Shown piece after piece: positions 10,146 to 18,365 of a stretch of 64,000 nt of DNA (position 1 is its first letter; the number at the start of each line of letters is the position of its first letter). The translations under genes and the position numbers were made by a program. The notes beneath the pieces were generated by a model that was not told the origin of the DNA, made no database searches, and saw nothing but the letters and a program-made list of their open reading frames with translations. Source of the DNA: a bacterium (GTDB lineage: Bacteria > UBA8248); contig OZ244906.1 of assembly GCA_965221655.1 (NCBI GenBank), positions 2,608,009-2,672,008 on the forward strand, in the 5' to 3' direction.

Positions 10146-10898
10146 CTAGAAAATGACCTTTCCGCCCGAGACGGCCACGTTCACGCCCGTCACGTAGGCG
10201 GCTTCCTCGCTGCAAAAAAAGACCACGGCCCCGCTCACGTCTTCGGGGCGCGCCAGGCGCCTCGCCGGAATGCTCTCCACGTATTGCCGCTGATACTCCT
10301 CGGAGTGGAGGATGGCCCGCTCGGTTTCGGTAAGACCCGGCGAAACCATGTTGACGGTGATTCCGTATGGCCCCATCTCCACGGCCAGGTTCTGCGAGAA
10401 ATAGAGCAGGGCGGACTTGACCGCCCCGTAGGAGTTCGTGCGCGCGCGCTTCTCGCCCAGCACCGTGGAGAGCACGTTCACGACGCGGCCCCAGCCTCGC
10501 TCGCGCATTCCCGGCAACGCGGCCTTACAGCAATGGAAGGCGCCCTTGAGCATGACCCGAATCTGGGGTTCGTAGTCCTCCTCCCAGGTCATTTCGAAAA
10601 ATTCCCTGCCCTTCACCAGCTGGCGCGCGTTGTTGACGAGTATGTCCACGCGGCCCATCTCCCTCTCGCACGCGGCGAACATGTGCTCCACCTCTTCGGG
10701 GCGGCCCACGTCGGCGCGCACGGCGAACGCCACGCCTCCTAGTGTGCGAATCTCCTCCGCCAGGCCGCGCGCCTCGGCCTCGCCCGTGTGGCAGTGCACG
10801 GCGACGGCCGCACCCTCTGCTGCCAGCGCGCGGGCTATGGCCTTGCCGATGCCCCGCGTGGCGCCCGTCACGAGCGCGGTGCGTCCTTCGAGCTTCAT
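10146..10898 (-). CDS. SDR family NAD(P)-dependent oxidoreductase (FabG-like)
   Basis: TGATRGIGKAIA glycine motif, NNAR, and the catalytic S...Y..K triad (YGAVK). Confidence 0.85.
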   Translation of the reverse strand: MKLEGRTALVTGATRGIGKAIARALAAEGAAVAVHCHTGEAEARGLAEEIRTLGGVAFAVRADVGRPEEVEHMFAACEREMGRVDILVNNARQLVKGREFFEMTWEEDYEPQIRVMLKGAFHCCKAALPGMRERGWGRVVNVLSTVLGEKRARTNSYGAVKSALLYFSQNLAVEMGPYGITVNMVSPGLTETERAILHSEEYQRQYVESIPARRLARPEDVSGAVVFFCSEEAAYVTGVNVAVSGGKVIF

Positions 10899-11003
10899 GT
10901 GCCACCCGTCGGTTGCATGAGCGAGAGCAAGTAGGTCCCCAACTCTACCGGGGCCACTCTTTGCTCTTCATGCTGCGAAAGAATCGGTTACGCCTTGAAT
11001 AAA

Positions 11004-11019
11004 AGTATTATATATAATA
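11004..11019. promoter_or_regulatory. Perfect 16-bp palindrome GTATTATATATAATAC in the divergent intergenic region between the SDR/peptidase operon and the GntR gene. Candidate GntR-family operator overlapping a TATAAT -10 element.
   Basis: Read directly. The sequence is self-complementary with GT at one end and AC at the other, as in FadR/HutC-subfamily operators (GT-N-AC). It is embedded in an AT-rich stretch. Confidence 0.4.
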
Positions 11020-11095
11020 CCATTAAAAATCGCAAGTTTTCTTTCAGACGTTTCGGAGCGGGTCTCCGGGGCGGGCACCGCGTCGATGGACGCGA

Positions 11096-11851
11096 ATGGG
11101 CGAGGGCCGGCCGCGCATGTGGGAATCGACTGCGGAAAAGCCGTTTTCGAACGAATTTGTTCCCTACTACTACCAGATTGCCAACTTGCTGCGCTGGAAG
11201 ATCGAGCACGGCGAACTGGTACCGGGCACGAAGCTGCCCAGAGAGCTCGACCTCTCCAGACATTTCGGCGTGAGTCGCGTCACCCTGCGGCAGGCGCTTT
11301 CCATCCTGGAGAAAGAAGGCCTCCTCTCGCGTGAACGGCGCAGGGGCACCTTCGTGCGCGAGACGCAGCCCGAGCCAAAGAAGATTCAGTTGACGGGTGT
11401 CGTCTGGGAGGAGGACGCGGGCGGAGAGGAGAGGCGCATCGTATCCATCGGGGAGGCGAATGCGTCGCCGCGCCTCGAGGAGTTCTTCGGCCTCAAAGCG
11501 CTCACCATGTTCCAGCGCGTGCGCATGACCGAGAAAACCCCTTTCAGCTACGTCATCAACTATCTGCCCCCCCAGCTCGCCCGGAACGTCCCGCGCGAGG
11601 ACGTGCGGGCGCACTCCATGCTCCACGTCATCAAGAACAGGCTGGGTGTTGCGCTTGGCAAGATTCACCAGACGTTCGAGGCGCGCACCGCCGAGGGCGA
11701 GGTGGCGAACCATCTCGAAATCGGGGTGCTCGAACCCGTCCTCTACGTGGAAACTTTCGTCCACGACAGGGAGGGCGAGCCGGTCGAGTTCTCCCAAATC
11801 TATTATCGGGGGGATCGACACAAGTACAGCGTGGAGCTCGTGAGCGAGTAG
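11096..11851 (+). CDS. GntR family transcriptional regulator with a UTRA effector domain (HutC-like)
   Basis: N-terminal winged HTH (LPRELDLSRHFGVSRVTLRQAL) and a C-terminal UTRA-type domain. Transcribed divergently from the catabolic operon. The start could also be the ATG at 11117. Confidence 0.8.
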   Translation: MGEGRPRMWESTAEKPFSNEFVPYYYQIANLLRWKIEHGELVPGTKLPRELDLSRHFGVSRVTLRQALSILEKEGLLSRERRRGTFVRETQPEPKKIQLTGVVWEEDAGGEERRIVSIGEANASPRLEEFFGLKALTMFQRVRMTEKTPFSYVINYLPPQLARNVPREDVRAHSMLHVIKNRLGVALGKIHQTFEARTAEGEVANHLEIGVLEPVLYVETFVHDREGEPVEFSQIYYRGDRHKYSVELVSE

Positions 11852-11882
11852 ACCGCGTTCTCACCCGAGAGGAGACGAAAAA

Positions 11883-12794
11883 ATGGCCCCCGGAAAAGTA
11901 CGCAAGACCGCCATCGGCTTCATCGGGCTGGGTCTCATGGGCCGGGCGTTTTCGAAAAATCTGATTGCCGACGGCCACCGCCTCCTCGGAACCGACGTGA
12001 GCACCGCCGCGCTCCGCAAGTTCAGGCGCATGGGGGGAGAAGCCCTGCCGACGCCCCGCGCCGTCGCCGAGGCCGCCGAGGTCGTGTTCATCTCGGTTCC
12101 CAATTCGCGCATATCGCTCGGGACCGCACAGGGGGAGGAGGGCTACCTCGCCTGTGCGCCCGGGGCCACCCCTGCGGTAGTGCTCGACACCACGACGTCT
12201 GATCCTGAGGACGCGAAGGAGCACGCGCTCCTTTGCCGGGCGAAGGGAATTCCCTATCTCGACGCGAGCGTGAGCGGCAACAGCGGCTACGTGGCCGAGC
12301 GCCAGGGGCTGTTTCTCGTCGGCGGAAACAAGAAGGCTTACGAAAAAGTGGCCCCGCTTCTGGGAACCATGCTTTCCGATCAGATATATTGCGGCCCCTC
12401 GGGCTCTGGAGCCGCCATGAAGGTGGTGGTGAACTACCTCACTGCGATGGGCCGCTGCGTCATCGCCGAGACCCTGCGGCTGGGGATGCGCAGCGGCTTC
12501 GGCAGGGACTTTCTTTTTGACGCCCTCGGCAGGAGCCGGGCGGGCGACTGGAGGATGTTCCACACCCACGGGGCGAAGATGTTGCGGGGCGCTTACCGGC
12601 GTCCGCTGAGCACCCTAGACGTCATCGTGAAAGACATCGGCCTGGGTCTCGAACAGGCCAGGCGCACCGGAGCCGTAACGCCGGTGGGCGACGCTTGCGC
12701 ACCGCTGTTCGATGAGGGCAAGCGGGCGGGTTACGGAGAGCTCGACAGCGCGGCGGTCTATCTCTCCTATCTCGACAGGGAAGGCGGCGCGTAA
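11883..12794 (+). CDS. NAD(P)-dependent beta-hydroxyacid dehydrogenase (3-hydroxyisobutyrate dehydrogenase family)
   Basis: IGFIGLGLMG dinucleotide motif, catalytic region DASVSG, and a C-terminal 6PGDH-like helical domain. Confidence 0.85.
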   Translation: MAPGKVRKTAIGFIGLGLMGRAFSKNLIADGHRLLGTDVSTAALRKFRRMGGEALPTPRAVAEAAEVVFISVPNSRISLGTAQGEEGYLACAPGATPAVVLDTTTSDPEDAKEHALLCRAKGIPYLDASVSGNSGYVAERQGLFLVGGNKKAYEKVAPLLGTMLSDQIYCGPSGSGAAMKVVVNYLTAMGRCVIAETLRLGMRSGFGRDFLFDALGRSRAGDWRMFHTHGAKMLRGAYRRPLSTLDVIVKDIGLGLEQARRTGAVTPVGDACAPLFDEGKRAGYGELDSAAVYLSYLDREGGA

Positions 12795-12802
12795 GCGCCC
12801 GG

Positions 12803-13819
12803 TTGCGTCCCTGGGGGAGGCGGGTCTTGCGAATCGAGGCCGAATCCACGCTCGTCGTCGTGGGCGACATGGAGATCGACCGCCCTGCGCCGGGGGACAC
12901 TTTCTCCGGGGTCGCCCCGTTTCTTGCGGCCGCCGACGTGCGCTTTGGTGGGCTCGAGGCGTCCATGTCGCGCCTGGGCGCGCCCGCGAGCGGGAAAATC
13001 GTGATGCGCCACGACCCCGAGATGATACGGGGCTATCTCGCCGGGGGGTTCGACGTGCTCGCGTTCGCCAGCAACCATTGCATGGACTACGGGGTCGCGC
13101 CCTTCGTCGAGACGATGGAATTGCTCGAGGGCCACGGGGTCGCCTATTCGGGAGCGGGCAGAAACATCCACGAGGCGCGAACGCCCGCCGTGCTCGAACG
13201 CGGCGGTGTGCGGTACGGGTTTTTGTCCTACGTGCTGGAACTCCCGCTGGGCTGGGGGGCGGGTCCCGAAAAACCGGGCGTCGCGCCCATTCGGCAAGAC
13301 GCCCTCTACGGCCCCCCCTGCGTGAACGAGGAAGACTTAGGGGCGATGGCAGAGGACGTCCGCCGGGCGCGGGGGAAGGTCGATTTTCTCGTCGCTTCGT
13401 TTCACTGGGGGGCGAGCCAGAGCCGCACGCTCACGCTGCCCCAGCGCGCCGTTGCCCACTGCGCCATAGATGCGGGGGTCGACCTCGTCGTCGGCCACCA
13501 TCCCCATATCGTCCAGGGCGTTGAGGTCTACCGGGAGAGGCCCGTTTTCTACGCTCTGGGCAACTTTGTGCTCGACCACGACCATCCGATGTTCCTGCCC
13601 ACCGCGCGCGAGTCGATTTGCCTGAAAATCAGCCTGCGGGGCGGGAAGCTTGTCGGGGTGGAGGCCTTCCCCGTGCTCATCGAACGAGACGGCAGCCCCC
13701 GGATTCTCGACGAGGGCGAGCCGAAAGCGAGCGAGATACTGGGGGTTCTCGAATCGTTGTCGACCAGGCTCGGAACACGGCTCGCGGTATCGGGCGGAGC
13801 GGCCCGCCTCTCGTTTTGA
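12803..13819 (+). CDS. CapA family protein (poly-gamma-glutamate synthesis-type metallophosphatase fold)
   Basis: Calcineurin-like phosphoesterase pattern (VVGHHPH, GNFV), length and motif order as in CapA/PgsA-like proteins. Exact start unclear; an alternative start codon is likely. Confidence 0.65.
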   Translation: MRPWGRRVLRIEAESTLVVVGDMEIDRPAPGDTFSGVAPFLAAADVRFGGLEASMSRLGAPASGKIVMRHDPEMIRGYLAGGFDVLAFASNHCMDYGVAPFVETMELLEGHGVAYSGAGRNIHEARTPAVLERGGVRYGFLSYVLELPLGWGAGPEKPGVAPIRQDALYGPPCVNEEDLGAMAEDVRRARGKVDFLVASFHWGASQSRTLTLPQRAVAHCAIDAGVDLVVGHHPHIVQGVEVYRERPVFYALGNFVLDHDHPMFLPTARESICLKISLRGGKLVGVEAFPVLIERDGSPRILDEGEPKASEILGVLESLSTRLGTRLAVSGGAARLSF

Positions 13820-13879
13820 GCACGACTTTTCTTGCGTTCGCCGCGCGTTGGACCAAAGGGCGGTGATGGAGCGTATGCC

Positions 13880-14623
13880 GTGGAACTGAAGGACAGGGTG
13901 TTCGTCATCACGGGTGCGGCGCGGGGTATCGGCGTAGCGGCCGCGCGCAGGTTCGCGGGGCAGGGCGCGCACGTGGCTGCCCTGGACGTGGATGAGGAGG
14001 CGTTGCGCAGCCTTGAGGCTGAATCGGCACGGGCTATTCTCGGCGTGCGTGCGGACGTTTCGGGCGCACATGGCGTGGAGAGCGCCTTCGATGCGGTGAT
14101 GCGTGCTTTCGGCGGCGTGGACGTGCTCGTCAACTGTGCGGTGGTTCGCGGCAACGGCCCCCTGGCCGAGGTCGAGGAGGCCACCATCGACGCGGCCCTG
14201 GCCGTGGGTTTGAAGGGCGTCATCCTTTGCGCACGGCGCGCGGCGCGGGAGATGGCCGGGCGCGGCGGCGGGGCCATCGTCAACATGTCGAGTTTCTACG
14301 CCCACACGCCGGCGAAAGAGCGTGTGGTCTACGCAGCCGTCAAGGCGGGCGTCGAGGGTCTTACGCGCGCACTGGCGGTCGAACTGGCCGAAGACGGCGT
14401 ACGTGTAAACGCCGTCGCGGCGGGTCCAGTGCTCACCAAACTGCGCGAGGAGCGCGGAGACGCTGACCCGCGCACCATGGCGGAGCGCTACCGCAAATCT
14501 CCCATGGGCCGGTTCGGCCGGGTCGAGGAAGTACTCGACGCCATCGAATACCTGGCGACGCCGCGCTCTTCCTACATGACGGGCCACGTGCTGATGCTCG
14601 ACGGCGGGCTGACCATCGTGTGA
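13880..14623 (+). CDS. SDR family oxidoreductase
   Basis: ITGAARGIGVAAA glycine motif and the S..Y..K catalytic triad (YAAVK). The track ORF begins at a TTG at 13832. The GTG at 13880 gives a standard SDR N-terminus. Confidence 0.8.
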   Translation: MELKDRVFVITGAARGIGVAAARRFAGQGAHVAALDVDEEALRSLEAESARAILGVRADVSGAHGVESAFDAVMRAFGGVDVLVNCAVVRGNGPLAEVEEATIDAALAVGLKGVILCARRAAREMAGRGGGAIVNMSSFYAHTPAKERVVYAAVKAGVEGLTRALAVELAEDGVRVNAVAAGPVLTKLREERGDADPRTMAERYRKSPMGRFGRVEEVLDAIEYLATPRSSYMTGHVLMLDGGLTIV

Positions 14624-14661
14624 GCCGCGCGGGTCGCGTGCTTGGCCCGGCGTCTAGGTTT

Positions 14662-15100
14662 TCAGGGACACCAGGGCTTGCGTCGTCTGCCCTTGTAGGG
14701 CCGCCCGTGGCCCGTGTCGATCATGATGCGGGCGAAGTCGCGTCCGTCGGCAAGTTTCACGTTCGCGCCCACGCGCTTGCCGAATTTGTCGTCCTTCACG
14801 CCGGTGAGGAGCACCTTGCCCCTCTTGCCCACGAGTTGCTTCGCGTAATCGCGCGCTGCCTCGCCGCGTCGGCGCTCCGCAGCGCACTTCGCCCCTCCGA
14901 TTTCGGGGCTGTCCATATGCAGCACGCGCACGTTGACGCGCACCGTCTGGCGCACCCATATCTTCGCTTCCACGTGGAGGGTGTCGCCGTCGATCACCCG
15001 CAGCACGGTTGCGGGCACGCGCAACTCGGCCGCGGCGGGCGTCGCGAACACCGACGCGGCGAACGCGAGAACGAGACACGCTGACTGAGGAGAAGAAAAC
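14662..15100 (-). CDS. thermonuclease (SNase-like) family secreted protein
   Basis: Staphylococcal-nuclease-like motifs (RVIDGDTL, DSPE, and conserved Arg and Glu) preceded by a signal-peptide-like segment. The start (TTG near 15100) is uncertain. Confidence 0.6.
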
Positions 15101-15152
15101 GGCGTACCCAAGGGTTTTCCCTTCTTGCAGATTCCAAAAGTTATAATTCTAT

Positions 15153-15181
15153 ATTTTATGGTTTTATAAAAAAATCTGCAA
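15153..15181 (-). promoter_or_regulatory. sigma70-like promoter for the thermonuclease gene (-35 TTGCAG, 17-bp spacer, -10 TAAAAT on the minus strand)
   Basis: Read directly in an AT-rich spacer. The reverse complement reads TTGCAG-N17-TAAAAT. Confidence 0.4.
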
Positions 15182-15467
15182 TTGATGAAGACAGGCGCTT
15201 CGTCTCGGCGCCGCCCCCGACCGCCTTTGGGCTTCACCCCGAACCGGGAGTCGAAAAGAGACCCGCGATGGAAAAACGCGTGGACACCGCCCTGGGTTGC
15301 GGCTTAAAGCAAGAATTTCTGCATGGGAAGCGGTTTGTGCGTCGTACAAGCCTTCGGGTGGGTCGGCGCGGCCCACGTGAAATGGATGGGGATGGGGTGC
15401 GTTGTGCGGCGTTCCGCTCGGCCGGGGTGGGCTTCTCCGTTTCTCGGGGAGGTGCGCGAGGTAGAGG

Positions 15468-15564
15468 TGGCGGGAACGCGTGGGAGTCGAACCCACCGAC
15501 GAAGTGATTAGCCCCGTCCACTGGATTTGAAGTCCAGGCGGCACACCGGCACCGATGCGCTCCC
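15468..15564 (-). tRNA. selC: tRNA-Sec (selenocysteine tRNA), anticodon UCA
   Basis: The minus-strand sequence GGGAGCGCATCGGTGCCGGTGTGCCGCCTGGACTTCAAATCCAGTGGACGGGGCTAATCACTTCGTCGGTGGGTTCGACTCCCACGCGTTCCCGCCA is 97 nt. It has an 8-bp acceptor stem (GGGAGCGC/GCGTTCCC), a CUUCAAA anticodon loop with anticodon UCA, a long variable arm, a 5-bp T stem with loop TTCGACT, and an encoded CCA. The CTGGACTTCAAATCCAG and GGTTCGACTCC blocks are nearly identical to E. coli selC. Confidence 0.85.
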
Positions 15565-15694
15565 GCGAGAAGGATACACCGCACGGGGCTGGTTCTGAAA
15601 GTGTGCCGGGCGTCTCGCCCGCGTGGTGCTTGTCCTGTGGGCGAGAAAACCCTACAACGAGACGCAACGCATTTTCACCAAAGGAGACGAAGGG

Positions 15695-16597
15695 ATGACG
15701 CAACGTGTGGGCATCGTGGGCATGGGGCTGATGGGCCAGGCCTTCATCAAGAACATGCGCGAGACGGGCTTCGATATACAGGGCTTCGACGTGGACCCCG
15801 CGCGCATGGACGATTTGCGCGCACAGGGCGGCGCGCCCGTCGCCACGCCCGCCGAGGCGGCCGGGGGCGTGAACTTCGTGATCACCTCTCTGCCCAACAG
15901 CACCATCGCCCGGGAGGCGACCCTGGGGGCGGGGGGCATCGCCGAGGGGGCGAAGGAGGGGCTGTACCACCTCGACACGACGACCTCGCGCCCCGAGGAT
16001 TCGGTGCGCCTCGCCGAAGACCTCTCCCGCCACGGAATCCGCTTTCTCGATTCCGCCGTGAGTGGCACGAGCACGATGGCCGTCCAAAAGGACCTGGTGG
16101 TCGTCGCGGGTGGGGAGGCGGAGGATTTCGACGCCTGCCGCGCCGTCTTCGCGGGCTTCAGCCGCGCGGCGTACTACATGGGACCCGTGGGCTCGGGGGC
16201 GCGCACGAAGCTGGTCATCAACATGATTCTGGCGGGCAATCGCCTGGCCCTGGCCGAGGGGCTGCTGCTCGGCACGAAGGTGGGCCTCGAGATGGATACC
16301 CTCCTCGAAGTTCTCAAGGACGGGGCGTGCTCTTCAAAGACGATGATCGACAAAGGCCCCAAGATGATTTATGGCGACTACTCCAAGCAGGGCCAGGTGA
16401 AGACCTCGCTCAAGGATTCGCGCCTGATGATCGAGCAGGGCCGCCTCCACGGCTCTCCCATGCTGATGACGAACCTCTGGTCCCAGGTCGTGCAGATGGC
16501 CTACGAGCGCGGCTACGCGGAGGAGGATACCGTCGCCTTCTACGAAGTCCTGCGCGAGATGGCGGGCCTGCCCCCGCGGATTGAGGGTGGAGGGTGA
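15695..16597 (+). CDS. NAD(P)-dependent beta-hydroxyacid dehydrogenase (HIBADH family)
   Basis: The RBS AAGGAGACGAAGGG precedes an ATG. VGIVGMGLMG motif, DSAVSG catalytic region, and a C-terminal helical domain. Confidence 0.85.
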   Translation: MTQRVGIVGMGLMGQAFIKNMRETGFDIQGFDVDPARMDDLRAQGGAPVATPAEAAGGVNFVITSLPNSTIAREATLGAGGIAEGAKEGLYHLDTTTSRPEDSVRLAEDLSRHGIRFLDSAVSGTSTMAVQKDLVVVAGGEAEDFDACRAVFAGFSRAAYYMGPVGSGARTKLVINMILAGNRLALAEGLLLGTKVGLEMDTLLEVLKDGACSSKTMIDKGPKMIYGDYSKQGQVKTSLKDSRLMIEQGRLHGSPMLMTNLWSQVVQMAYERGYAEEDTVAFYEVLREMAGLPPRIEGGG

Positions 16598-16662
16598 TGG
16601 TGGGGAGGATGTTGATGGGAGCAACTCGGTTAGTGGGAATGTCCGTATGGAGAGTTTCCTGC

Positions 16663-17313
16663 CTATGTTGGCTCCGATGGGAGATTTTCTGCGAATTCGT
16701 ATCCTTCTTTTGTCTCCCATGCCATGCCGTTGTAAGTCACACTCAGTAGTTTCGCGGTAGGAACGAAGCACTCGAGATCGATAGTTTTAATATCTCCGTA
16801 AAGGGTTTCTCGAAATTTTTCGTCGAGACAAGGAAACTTCAAACTCCGGGGCTCGCCAAAATTTTCTTGTGAGCATTGACAATCTTTGAGGTAGTTACGG
16901 CATTTATGACATCTCATGTATTTGTTTATCGATTTCCAAGCATTCTCGTTGGGAGTGTATAGCAGATAAAGTCGAAAAGGCTGCACATTCGCGTGCCCAA
17001 ACCCATTCCGAAATATGACTGTGCGTTCGATAGCTTCATGAATGGTTTTTTCTTCTTTCCATTGTGGCCAAATATCCAGGAAACAATTTTTCAAGTCTCC
17101 AAAACTGAATTTGCTGAGTTCCAGCCTTCTCCGTGCGAAATCCTCGGGGAAACTTCCGTTCTTAACTGCCGCGTTGTATCGTCTGCGCATGTCCCTCCCT
17201 CCTTCACGAAGTACTACTAAATCGCGCATAGAACTTTCGATACAACGAAGGAACATGAAACATTCACCAGCCGATATTAGATGGGGGTCGTCCTGCACCA
17301 TTTTGCTTTTCAT
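16663..17313 (-). CDS. hypothetical protein with a HEPN-like Rx4H motif (RNGFGH) and a C-terminal Cys cluster, encoded in a low-GC islet
   Basis: 216-aa ORF in a roughly 40%-GC stretch flanked by about 67%-GC DNA. Contains R-N-G-F-G-H (an Rx4-6H HEPN signature) and CHKCRNYLKDCQC. Confidence 0.5.
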   Translation of the reverse strand: MKSKMVQDDPHLISAGECFMFLRCIESSMRDLVVLREGGRDMRRRYNAAVKNGSFPEDFARRRLELSKFSFGDLKNCFLDIWPQWKEEKTIHEAIERTVIFRNGFGHANVQPFRLYLLYTPNENAWKSINKYMRCHKCRNYLKDCQCSQENFGEPRSLKFPCLDEKFRETLYGDIKTIDLECFVPTAKLLSVTYNGMAWETKEGYEFAENLPSEPT

Positions 17314-17368
17314 TGTGTGTCATCTCTTGCTTTTTGCGTCCCGATGCAGTTCGGATTCACCCCCCCCC

Positions 17369-18316
17369 TCACCCCTCCCCGCGCAGTGCAGGTGGGTAGG
17401 GGGCGAAGTAGGTCTGGGCTCCGAGGTAAGGGGAGCCCGGGTGCGCTATCCATTCGCGCAAGGTGTCGAACGCAATCTGCGGCGAAGCACCCCCCGCGCG
17501 GTATTCCTCCAGTGCGGCGTGAAAGCGTTTTTTCTCACCTGACGTGATTTTGTCGGAAAAATGCCCCGCCGCGTGTGTTAAGGCGTTGACGTGGGCCGCG
17601 CGCGTGGGCGGGCGCGAAAGCGCACGCAAGAGTGCGTTTTCGTAATCTGCGGCGAGCGGGCCGAACGCGCGTTTGGCGTGGTTGGCCGCGATGCGCCCCA
17701 TCTCGCGCATGGTCTCCTGGTGGTAGGCCAGGAAGAGCAGCTTGTTCTCCGTATGGTAGCGCGCGAGACGGGCGGGCTCTTTCGATTTCCTGACTGCGCG
17801 GAAGCCCGCAAGAGCGAAGAGTTTGGTGAGAAAGTGTGCGCGCGCCTCCGCTTCGTTCAGCTGTGCCTCATCCGTTACGGCGAGGGTGCCGAAGCGCGCG
17901 AGGACGTTTTCGGCGAACAGGCCCGCTCCCAGGGCGAGGGGAGTTTCCGAGGCGGGGCCGGCGAACGCCTTGGTGTCGGTGATTCCGCATGAGGGGGATT
18001 TCGACTTGAGGATGAAGCCGTCCACCTCGCTCAGCCCGTCCAGAAACGCATCGGCGAAAGCGTGCATCGCGTGCGTGAGGTCTTTTTGCGTGGAGGGTTG
18101 CAAGAGGGTTTTCCGCCCCTCCCGCATACAGATGCGGATGGGGTCACGCGGCGTGCCCAGGCCGATCTCCACTTCGGGACACACGGGCTGGAAGCGCACG
18201 TAGGGTCGGAGGCGATTCAGAAAGGGAGAGGCGATGCCCGCCCCGTCGTAACGGCATGCGTCGAAGCCCAGACACCGACTCGCGACGACGCAGGGGCGGG
18301 GGAACTCTCGGGTCAA
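17369..18316 (-). CDS. DUF523/DUF1722 fusion protein (YbgA / TudS-like family)
   Basis: N-terminal CLGFDACRYDG pattern typical of DUF523 (the 2-thiouracil desulfurase-like Fe-S domain) followed by a DUF1722-like helical domain. Confidence 0.7.
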   Translation of the reverse strand: MTREFPRPCVVASRCLGFDACRYDGAGIASPFLNRLRPYVRFQPVCPEVEIGLGTPRDPIRICMREGRKTLLQPSTQKDLTHAMHAFADAFLDGLSEVDGFILKSKSPSCGITDTKAFAGPASETPLALGAGLFAENVLARFGTLAVTDEAQLNEAEARAHFLTKLFALAGFRAVRKSKEPARLARYHTENKLLFLAYHQETMREMGRIAANHAKRAFGPLAADYENALLRALSRPPTRAAHVNALTHAAGHFSDKITSGEKKRFHAALEEYRAGGASPQIAFDTLREWIAHPGSPYLGAQTYFAPYPPALRGEG

Positions 18317-18365
18317 GGCGCGTCTCCCCGGGTGCGGGCGCAGCGTCGCGCCGGGTTTCGGGAGC

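Noticed and set aside
13337-14587. 416-aa minus-strand ORF
   Set aside because: Antisense to the CapA and SDR genes, which carry clear family motifs.
15100-15470. Genomic-island insertion at the tRNA-Sec 3' end
   Set aside because: The DNA at the tRNA 3' side is native-composition (thermonuclease gene, about 67% GC). The low-GC HEPN islet lies on the other side, beyond an intervening native gene. No direct repeat of the tRNA 3' end was seen.
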